37,499 nucleotides of DNA from contig CAYWTP010000005.1 in assembly GCA_964461215.1 (NCBI GenBank), positions 1 to 37,499 of the forward strand, written 5' to 3'. Position 1 is the stretch's first letter. The number at the start of each line of letters is the position of its first letter. Made by a program: the position numbers and the translations under genes. The notes below the pieces were generated by a model, which worked only from the letters and a program-made list of their open reading frames with translations, was not told the origin of the DNA and did no database searches. Below, in pieces: positions 1-7,361 of the stretch. This stretch comes from an uncultured Ectothiorhodospiraceae bacterium. Its GTDB lineage: Bacteria; Pseudomonadota; Gammaproteobacteria; JAABTG01.

Positions 1-196
1 CTGGAAGGGATTCGATCCCACCAGCGGCGAGGTGGCGGGAAACCGGCACATCGCAGTGGCCGTGGCGCGCCACCCCGAGGCCGTGCCGCCGGTGGCCGGA
101 AGCTACCTCGGCCCTGCCGGGCACCACCCCGTGCTGAGCGTTGCCGTACGGGTCAGCGCGCTGAGTGCGCGCAGCCCCCAGCCCTCCAGTCACTGA
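1..196 (+). CDS. Transglutaminase-like family protein, C-terminal part (runs off window start)
   Basis: Frame from base 2 reads WKGFDPTSGEVAGNRHIAVAVARHPEAVPPVAGSYLG...VAVRV*, stop TGA 194-196. W-x-x-F-D-P-T followed by H-I-x-V-A is the typical C-terminal motif of bacterial transglutaminase-like proteins. Not in the ORF track. Confidence 0.8.
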   Translation, partial: WKGFDPTSGEVAGNRHIAVAVARHPEAVPPVAGSYLGPAGHHPVLSVAVRVSALSARSPQPSSH

Positions 197-240
197 TTGG
201 GGAGAGCGCCATGGACACCTCCTACTTATCAATCATCTCC

Positions 241-270
241 TCCGTGCTCTCTGTGCTCTCGGTGGTGAAT
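241..270. repeat. Degenerate 9-nt tandem repeat (TCCGTGCTC TCTGTGCTC TCGGTGGTG AAT)
   Basis: Three 9-mer units seen directly; the reverse strand reads FTTESTESTE. Confidence 0.6.
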
Positions 271-442
271 CCTCTTAGCTAGAACCGCCAGCGCGAACGG
301 ACTCGTCTTCGCAGTCCGAAGATGGCAACACAAATTCCGTCAGACTCCTAAGGCTTCGGGCTGTGGGCGAACAGTGTTCGGCCTGGAAGACGTAGAGAGT
401 TAGCTTAACCGTCCCCGGCACTCCACAGACCGAGCTAGCGAA

Positions 443-1867
443 TCAGCTCCCGTAATCCGGCCGCGGGACCGGGACCGCTTCCAGAGTCACGTTATTCTGC
501 TTGCGGTTGCGGCCTTCCTTGCTCACCACCTCGTAGAGCAGCTCCGCCTTCTGCCCGGCAGCCAGCTCGGTGCTGTACTGCACGGTGTTGTAGTCGTGCA
601 GGGTCGCGCCCAGGCTGGAGCGGAACACGGCGTGGCCCGGAAAGCTGCGGCGCACTTCCACGCGGATGGGCCGCTCGGTGTAGTTGCGAATGCGCTGGGC
701 ATAGACGGCGTGCGAGTCCCAGCCGGCCACCGTGGCCCGATGATCCACGTCGATGAGCCCGTCTTCGAGGCGCTTGTAGACGCCAGGCTTGGAGTACAGG
801 AGCCAGATCTGGTCCCGATAGCTCTTCAGGTGTACCAGCTCGAACACCACCTCCGGGTCCTCGCCCAGGTTGAGCTCGATCCGGTCGCCCACGGGCACGT
901 ATTTGATCGCCTGAGTCGCCAGGTAGCTCAGGTTGCCCTGCGCGTCGTTGCGGAACACCCGCACCATACCGTCGGGCAGGGGTGTGGTACCGAGCCCGGA
1001 CGCCGTGTCGTTGCGCAGCAGGTACAGGCGCACCAGATGGTCGCCATACTCGCGGGGACGGAAGCGGTACTCGATGGCCATGGGCGCAGCGTCGGCGTGG
1101 AAGCTGCGCAGGCGCTTGGACCAGCCATCCGGAATGGTCTCGGTACCCTCCACGGTATAGATGAAGTACTCGCTCAAGCCTTCCTTGACGATCTGCTTCT
1201 CCGCTACCATCGGGGCGGGTGCCATCGCCCCGGCGACAACGTCCATCATCTGGCGGGCCGCCTCCTTCCTGTAACGCTCGCGCACTTCGGACTGCATGCC
1301 GCGCACCTGCTCCATGCCCACACGCGCCAGAGTGGCGATCTTCTCCACCAGGTTGACGGTGCCCACCACCAGGCGCACCCGAGCGTTCTCGTAGCGCTCC
1401 CCGCTGCCATTGTGCACGCGCACGAAGCCCTCCAGGCCGAGATGGCTCTCGTCGGCATCGGCGATGGCGGTGTAGTCGGCGCTCCAGGTGATGCCGGAGG
1501 TGAAGTAGGTGATCTCCACCGTGCCCTCCCCGTCCAGCTCGCTGGCCACGTGCCAGTACAGCATCTGCGGCTTGTCGTGGGGATAGGTGGTGTCAACCAC
1601 CTCCAGGGCCTTGGGGTGGGAGAGGAACCGCAACTCGACCGAGGTGGGATCAATCAAGGTGTTGGCCCAGGAGAACTGCAGCGTGTTCGTGCCCTTCTTG
1701 AAGCTCACCCGGCGGGTCTCGCGCACCAGGGTGAGGTCCTCGGAGTTGTAGATGGTGAGCTGCACGCTGGCCCGATCGGGCACGGTGGCCAGGTCCACGT
1801 TGCGGGCGGACACGTGCGTCCAGGGGCCGAGGAATACAATCATCAGCAGGAGGATTCTCGTCTTCAT
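443..1867 (-). CDS. Secreted DUF4139-family protein (paralog 2)
   Basis: Signal-peptide-like N-terminus MKTRILLLMIVFLG (ATG 1867). Motifs LTIYN..LTLVRETR, YFTSGITWSADY, LPDGMVRVF and ELNLGED are typical of DUF4139/COG5316 proteins. Confidence 0.75.
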   Translation of the reverse strand: MKTRILLLMIVFLGPWTHVSARNVDLATVPDRASVQLTIYNSEDLTLVRETRRVSFKKGTNTLQFSWANTLIDPTSVELRFLSHPKALEVVDTTYPHDKPQMLYWHVASELDGEGTVEITYFTSGITWSADYTAIADADESHLGLEGFVRVHNGSGERYENARVRLVVGTVNLVEKIATLARVGMEQVRGMQSEVRERYRKEAARQMMDVVAGAMAPAPMVAEKQIVKEGLSEYFIYTVEGTETIPDGWSKRLRSFHADAAPMAIEYRFRPREYGDHLVRLYLLRNDTASGLGTTPLPDGMVRVFRNDAQGNLSYLATQAIKYVPVGDRIELNLGEDPEVVFELVHLKSYRDQIWLLYSKPGVYKRLEDGLIDVDHRATVAGWDSHAVYAQRIRNYTERPIRVEVRRSFPGHAVFRSSLGATLHDYNTVQYSTELAAGQKAELLYEVVSKEGRNRKQNNVTLEAVPVPRPDYGS

Positions 1868-1872
1868 GGCGC

Positions 1873-3057
1873 TCACCACTCGTTCTTCAGCACAAGGTGG
1901 ATGCGGCGCGTAACCTTCCGTGCCTCGTCGTCAGCGGAGCGGGCCGGCAGATCCGTGCGGAAGTGCAGCATCTCGGCGTCCGACTTCTCGGTGATCGGCC
2001 CCCCGGGAAAGCTGGTCTCCCGGCCCAGGGTCCACTCGATGGGACGCGGGGAGCTGATGCCGAGCTCGGCCCTCAGGGGCTGGAGGTGCTCCACCACGTC
2101 CAGCGTCACCGGCGTATCCTTGAAGTTCTCGATCTCGTACTTGACCAGCACGTCGTACTCGAACAGGTTGCCCGCCACGCGCCGTCGCTCGTTGCGCTCC
2201 ACGGTGCGGGTCACGCCCACGTCCCGGGCCAGTCCCAGGTACAGCTCCAGCTCGTCGTCCCGCGGCGTGAACTTCCCCCAGTCCTCGCCGATGAAGGCCG
2301 ACCCTCCGGCTCCCGTCTGCTGGAAGATCCGCACCTTGCCCGCGGGCAGCGCCGCGCGTCCCAGGCCGTTGTCCGCGTCGTTGCGCAGCACGTAGTGCAT
2401 AGGCACGCGCAGCTTGCGCTTGGCCGGCTCCAGGTAGCCGTTCTCGGCGAGATCGGCGGTGTAGGTCTTGCGGATAGGCACCCTCGCGTAGCGCCCGGCC
2501 AACAGCTCCCGGGTCTCGGCCAGACCGACGCTCTGCGCGATTGGCTGGCCGAAGCCCATGTGCAGGGTCGCCTCCTCGAAGGATTCGTTGGCCAGGTTCT
2601 TCACCCGCAGGTATTGGCTGAGGCTCAGGGTCTGCTCCTTCGCATCCGCCAGTGCCCGGTAGCTGAACGTGCGCTCCAGGTTGCCGATGAGGTAGCTGAT
2701 GCGGATGCGCGCGGTGCCGGCGCGCTCGGAGGCGACGCTCCACACCAGCGCGCTCTCGCCGGGCGGGTAGCTCACCGAGAGCACGTTCACGCGCTGCCCG
2801 GCTTCCAGTACCCGGAACACGATGGTGTCGGGGTCGATGCGGGTGTTGGCCCAGGAGAAGTCGATCTGGTTGACGCCCGCAAGCAGCGGCACCGTGCGCT
2901 CCTCCTCCACCAGGGTGGCGCTCGGATTGTCGAGCTGTATGGCGACCCGGTCGCGCACGGGCAGGGTCACCAGCTTGATGCGTGCCCAGGCCTCCGTGGG
3001 CAAGGCCAGTACCAGGGCCACCCCCAGCAGCAGGGCCGACGATCTTATCCGAGTCAT
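1873..3057 (-). CDS. Secreted DUF4139-family protein (paralog 1)
   Basis: Signal peptide ending AWA, AAGGAG RBS. Shares FSWANT.IDP, LG...LP.G.VR.F and EL.LG motifs with the downstream gene. Confidence 0.75.
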   Translation of the reverse strand: MTRIRSSALLLGVALVLALPTEAWARIKLVTLPVRDRVAIQLDNPSATLVEEERTVPLLAGVNQIDFSWANTRIDPDTIVFRVLEAGQRVNVLSVSYPPGESALVWSVASERAGTARIRISYLIGNLERTFSYRALADAKEQTLSLSQYLRVKNLANESFEEATLHMGFGQPIAQSVGLAETRELLAGRYARVPIRKTYTADLAENGYLEPAKRKLRVPMHYVLRNDADNGLGRAALPAGKVRIFQQTGAGGSAFIGEDWGKFTPRDDELELYLGLARDVGVTRTVERNERRRVAGNLFEYDVLVKYEIENFKDTPVTLDVVEHLQPLRAELGISSPRPIEWTLGRETSFPGGPITEKSDAEMLHFRTDLPARSADDEARKVTRRIHLVLKNEW

Positions 3058-3246
3058 GGCTTGGCTCCTTTTGCGGCGAGGGCCTATTTCCCTCCGTTGA
3101 GATTAACGCAGGCCGTGCGCTTCCGGGTTAAGGCCATTGATTGAAATTACGGCCTGGAGAACGTTCCTGTCCCCTTCGTGGGCTGGGGATCGTCTTAGAC
3201 GACGTAGCGGACCAAGACGCGACGGGCTCGCGGCTTCCCCCGAGGA

Positions 3247-3300
3247 ATAGGAGAGGGGCGTGCCCGCGAAGAGCACTCGCGGCAAAATGTCGCTCCTACA
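3247..3300. repeat. GTAG-type REP doublet (REPIN-like), copy 1
   Basis: ATAGGAGAGGGGCGTGCCCGCGAA-GAGCAC-TCGCGGCAAAATGTCGCTCCTACA: imperfect inverted pair ending CTCCTAC. Confidence 0.7.
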
Positions 3301-3378
3301 GACGCTGGGACACCGCTGGGTCCGACGTAGGGGTAGGCTCGGCACCTGCTCCCGGCAACGCTCCTCCTCCCGTGCTAT

Positions 3379-3431
3379 GTAGGAGCGGGCTGTGCCCGCG
3401 AAACGCCCTCGCGGCAAAATGCCGCCTATAC
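3379..3431. repeat. GTAG-type REP doublet (REPIN-like), copy 2
   Basis: GTAGGAGCGGGCTGTGCCCGCGAA-ACGCCC-TCGCGGCAAAATGCCGCCTATAC: near-direct repeat of copy 1. Confidence 0.7.
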
Positions 3432-3464
3432 GGACCCCTCGGGCACGGCCCGGCGAATCTCCTA

Positions 3465-3973
3465 TCACCCAGACGGTGCCAACAACTCCACGTCTCCATC
3501 ATCCGACAAGAAGTAGAACTCAACCCTGTCGACTAAGTTACCGTATCGACGCAGCCACTCGTTCGGAACCCTTCGATCGTTGCCGAACACGAGAAATCTG
3601 CGCGCTACAGGTGCCCTTTCGAGCAGCCAGACGTACTCCGCAATGACCGAGAACTTTGCCGGTGGCAGACCCTGTCCCTTGACCATGCTGAAATACTTTG
3701 CGTCACCGACGACGTCGCCTTCGTCTCTCCATGTGTAGACTTCCTTCCGGTTGCTTTGGATCCGGCCTCCACCCAGAACACCCACTCTCTCCCCCCCTGA
3801 ATCCCTTTGATTCGGCCATCTTTCCTGAGCGTCTGCGTGATCTGGAATACCTGCTGGTGGGGCGAAATGCCGGTCTCACTCCTGATTTGTGCGTTACCCA
3901 CCCGCCGCGGGGCAATCGAGACAAGGTAGTCCAGAACTCTGTCTATATTGCTCACCAGCGGCCTGCTCCGCAT
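3465..3973 (-). pseudogene. Split winged-HTH plus putative PD-(D/E)xK nuclease-like gene
   Basis: ORF 3605..3973 begins with a wHTH-like segment (NIDRVLDYL...GISPHQQVFQITQTL...GREWVFW). A different frame (3465..3785) carries DVVGDAKYF..PPAKFSVIAEYVWLLE..FLVFGNDRRVP. The frame switch lies near 3720-3770. Confidence 0.55.
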
Positions 3974-3995
3974 CTGCCATTCCTTTCGGGGTGCG

Positions 3996-4371
3996 CTACG
4001 CGGCTACGCTCCGAACTACGGACTCCGCCGGCCGCTCTACGAGCGTGTCGCGCTGGTTGATCTTGGCCTCGAGCTGGTTGCAGAGGGACATGGGCTGGTC
4101 GACCTCGGCGACAATGCGTTACGGAGAATGGCTGGTCGTCGGGAGCGACACTCGGCACTCTCGCCAGGGATTTGATTTCCCACCGCTTCACCAAAGCACG
4201 GCCTTCATCCTCGATCCTGCACAGAAGGTCAGCTGCCAGCTCTGCCGACGGATCTGCGGGCTCGAGGTCTCCTTGTATGGCCAATTGGAGAACCAAGCTA
4301 CGCAACCTTCGAACGCCATCCGGCGCCGCCGCAACATAGGGGAAGGCGTCGAAGAGCGCCTCCGGAATCAC
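3996..4371 (-). pseudogene. hsdS: Type I R-M specificity subunit remnant lacking both target-recognition domains
   Basis: The N-terminus GVRRLRSLVLQLAIQGDLEPADPSAELAADLL..I..E...PF is a conserved HsdS region. Right after about 4121 a shifted frame reads RIVAEVDQPMSLCNQLEAKI...VAA* (TAG 3996-3998), the conserved HsdS C-terminal helix. Confidence 0.8.
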
Positions 4372-5961
4372 CCTACGCTCCTCGCCCTAGACTTTGCGGG
4401 CACCCTCGCCTTGCGCGCACGCGATTTCCCCCTCATCCCTTCCCTCTCCCCAGCGGGGAGAGGGAGCGTAGAAGTGCCGGCCGTGCCGGTGCCGGGCAAC
4501 GCCGACGACAGCGCCGCCGCCAGCTCATCCTTCAGCCTATCCTGGATCTCGGCGATGTCGGCGAGGAGGGCCTTGTACTCCGCCAGCAGCACCGCAGGGT
4601 CGCCGGGTCCGTCCTCCACGGCATGGGGATTCTTCAGGTCCAAGTTGTATCCGCGGGCCTTGACGTCGTCTACCGACATTCTCCAGGCCTGCTCATTCTC
4701 CTTGCGGCCACGGCGCCGGGTACCGCCCCACCACGCCTTCCCGGCATCGAACTCCTGGATGCGTATAGGCTTGGTCTTGGAATACGACTTGTAGCCCGCT
4801 GGGTAGCGATGCTCGTAGTACCACGTCTCTTTGTTCGGTCGGCCCTTATCGAAGAACAGCAGGTTGGTCTTGATGCCGGTGTACGGGTCAAAGACGCCAT
4901 TGGGATGACGCACGATCGTGTACAGGTTGCACTCGGCCAGCAGCTTCTCCTTGATGCGGGGCTTGATGCCCTCGCCGAACAGGAAACCGTCGGGCAGCAC
5001 CACGGCGGCCCGGCCACGCTCCTTGAGACGGCGCATGATGAGCACCAGGAACAGATCGGCCGTCTCGCGGGTGCGAAAGGCGGCCGGAAAGTTCTGCTCG
5101 ATGCCGTCCTCCTCCATAGCGCCGAAGGGCGGGTTGGTCACGAACACGTCCACCCGGTCCTCCGGCCCATAATCCTTGAGCGGGCGGGCCAGGGCGTTGT
5201 CGTGGCCAATGTTTACGGGCACCTCGATACCGTGCAGGAGCATGTCGGTGATGCACAGCAGATGGGGGGAGCTGCTTCTTCTCGATGCCGTGAAAGGACT
5301 CCTGCAGGGTTTCGCGGTCTTCCACGCTGCGGACGTAGCGGCTGCGTACATGCTCGATGACACAGGTGAGAAAGCCGCCGGTGCCGCAGGCGCGGTCGAG
5401 CACCGTTTCGCCCAGCCTGGGATCGGTCGTGTCCACCATGAACTGGGTAACGGCACGAGGCGTGTAGAATTCGCCGGCATTGCCGGCGCTCTGCAGATCC
5501 TTGAGGATCTTCTCGTAGATGTCGTTGAACAGGTGCCGGTCCGAGGAGCGGTTGAAATCGATCTCGTTGAGCTTGTTCACCACCTGGCGGATCAGGGTGC
5601 CGTTCTTCATGTAGTTGAACGCATCCTCGAACACCGCCTGCACCACGAACCCCCGGGGGCTCTGACCGCGCCGGGTCCTGGACAGGGTCTTCAGGCTCGG
5701 AAAGAGGTCGTTGTTGACGAACTCCGACAAGCCGTCGCCGGTGATGCCTTCCGGATCGGCGGCCCAGTTGCGCCAGCGCAGGCGCTCGGGCAGGGGCGAG
5801 GCGTAGCCGTCGCGGGTCAGCTCCAGCTCGTGCTCCTGGTCGTCGAAGATCTTCAGGAACAGCATCCAGGCGAGCTGCCCGACGCGCTGGGCATCGCCGT
5901 CCACGCCCGCGTCCTTGCGCATGATGTCCTGCATGGACTTGATGGTGGCGCTGAGGGACAT
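4368..5961 (-). pseudogene. hsdM: Type I R-M N6-adenine methyltransferase, frameshifted
   Basis: IKSMQDIMRKDAGVDGDAQR, GEFYTPR and D(R)ACGTGGF are in ORF 4888..5961; NPPFG and RTRETADLF are in ORF 4368..5480. The frames join if one base is removed from the G6 run at 5264-5269 (KKQLP|HLLC). Confidence 0.92.
4428..4465. repeat. Palindromic repeat CCCCCTCATCCCT-TCCCTCTCCCC-AGC-GGGGAGAGGGA inside the hsdM 3' end
   Basis: Perfect 11-bp stem 4441-4451/4455-4465; translated in hsdM as LPLPAGEREGMRG. Confidence 0.7.
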
Positions 5962-5973
5962 GGCGGCCCGTGG

Positions 5974-6378
5974 CTATGCGGATGGGGAGAGGACCGTGAG
6001 CCCGGGCACCCGCTCGAACCCGGCCACGTTGGTGGTGAGCACCGCACAGCCGTGGGCCACGCCGGTGGCGGCGATGATCAGATCGTGCGCGCCGATCATC
6101 CGCCCCTCGGCGAGCAGGGCCGCCATCAGCTCGGCGTGAACGCGGGCCACCTCCACCGTGAAGTCCAGCACCGAGCAGCTATCCAGCACGGCCTCCACGA
6201 ATGCCAGCCGGCGCGCGCGCCGCCCGGCGGTGTCCGCCCGATGCACACCCACCAGCAGCTCGGAAACGGTGATGGCGCTGATGAAGACCTCGCCGTAGGC
6301 GTCCCAGGGTGGCTCACCCTGAGCAGAAGCCCTACGCTCGGCCCGGATGAAGACTCCGGTATCGACGATCAGGCCCAA
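5974..6378 (-). CDS. vapC: VapC/PIN-domain toxin
   Basis: LIVDTGVFI, ISAITVSELLVG, IGAHDLIIAAT and LTTN..FERVPGL PIN signatures; TTG start overlapping the antitoxin end. Confidence 0.9.
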   Translation of the reverse strand: MGLIVDTGVFIRAERRASAQGEPPWDAYGEVFISAITVSELLVGVHRADTAGRRARRLAFVEAVLDSCSVLDFTVEVARVHAELMAALLAEGRMIGAHDLIIAATGVAHGCAVLTTNVAGFERVPGLTVLSPSA

Positions 6379-6638
6379 GACTCTTCCTCATGCGGAAAGG
6401 CCTTGCGGAGCGCCTCCACGTCACGGGCAAAGGGCTCCGCATCGTCGCCAAGGGGTGGAAGCCGGTCCAGGAACGACATGAGGTCCTTGGCCTGCAGTCT
6501 GGCCGCCGGCCTGGCGGGAACCAGCCGCGCGACGATCCGGTTGTTGCGCTCCAGCTCGAAGCTGAGCCCCTGGTATTGCACCCGATTCAGCAGGTCTGAG
6601 AAGTTGCGCGCAGCGCGGGTGACGTTGACTTTCTCCAT
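6369..6638 (-). CDS. Phd/YefM-type antitoxin
   Basis: MEKVNVTRAARNFSDLLNRV....FELERNNRIVARLVP; GGAG RBS; directly upstream of vapC. Confidence 0.85.
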   Translation of the reverse strand: MEKVNVTRAARNFSDLLNRVQYQGLSFELERNNRIVARLVPARPAARLQAKDLMSFLDRLPPLGDDAEPFARDVEALRKAFPHEEESWA

Positions 6639-6657
6639 GGACGGCTCCTCCGCCGCA

Positions 6658-6674
6658 TATCAGATAATCTGATA
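6658..6674. promoter_or_regulatory. Probable TA autoregulatory operator
   Basis: Perfect inverted repeat TATCAGAT-A-ATCTGATA about 20 bp upstream of the antitoxin start, in an AT-rich patch. Confidence 0.65.
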
Positions 6675-6683
6675 CTCATATAT

Positions 6684-7082
6684 TTATTGGATCCTGTAAA
6701 GTGCGGCGTACTTGTCCAGCAGCGCATCCAGCACCGCCCGCCCCTGGTCACCGTAGCGGGCGAAGTAATCCCGCTTACGCACCCGGGTGGCGCGCTCCCG
6801 ACGCGTCAGGGGCGGCCGGTCGAAGGCCACGTGGCAGATAAGGTCGAAAGCGTCCAGGTCCTTGCCGACTTCGTCGGTCAGGGGCTCGAATAGCACTCCG
6901 CGCCTCTCCGGCTCCTCGATGATGAGCTTGTTCTGACCTGCATGGGTCCAGGTGGCAAGGAACTGGTCCGGCGAGGCGTACGCCCTGCGCACGGCCCGGC
7001 GGGTATAGTCCTTCAGATAGTAGTCCTCGGCGAGGACCTGGCGCACGGACTCTTCGATTTCTGAGAGCGTCCTCTGGTCCAT
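6684..7082 (-). pseudogene. hsdR: Type I R-M restriction subunit remnant (EcoEI/EcoAI-type C-terminal domain only)
   Basis: LKDYTRRAVRRAY...GKDLDAFDLICHVAFDRPPLTRRERA..V.KRDYFARYGDQ.RAVLDALLDKYA is the HsdR C-terminal domain. No nuclease or helicase motifs; only 132 aa. Confidence 0.85.
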
Positions 7083-7361
7083 CGCCAGGCTTGTTTACGC
7101 TCCCCGTAGCCAGGCATGCGGCCACGAAAGCCGCGACCCATCTCGCAATTGTAGTACCTCACTGCACCGAACAACCCGATGAGCCGGAACCCACCGACCC
7201 TGCGATCAGCGGTCGGTGACGCCTTGCTGGCACGCCCGTTGACGCGAGGGTGTCAGCAGACGCACGACTGCGTGGATGCAGGGGCTAGAGCGCTGCCGGG
7301 AACCGGTCCCGAGGCGCCCTCGCCAGTCGCTCCCCAAGCCCTAGGCCCCAGCCCTCACGCC

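Noticed and set aside
6-22. GGGATTCGATCCC resembles a tRNA T-arm
   Set aside because: It lies in frame in the transglutaminase motif GFDP, and no cloverleaf can be built.
596-3144. Long plus-strand ORFs 596..2395 and 1897..3144
   Set aside because: Antisense shadows of the DUF4139 genes, expected in high-GC DNA; no motifs.
3952-4120. C-terminal part of the 139-aa ORF 3952..4371
   Set aside because: Out-of-frame read-through past the hsdS deletion junction; the real HsdS tail is in another frame ending at 3996.
3240-7130. Calling the defence islet an active mobile element
   Set aside because: No integrase, transposase, att repeat or target-site duplication found.
7228-7243. TGGCAC-GCCCG-TTGA sigma-54-like motif
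   Set aside because: The -12 GC is missing and there is no plus-strand gene downstream; it is part of a hairpin.
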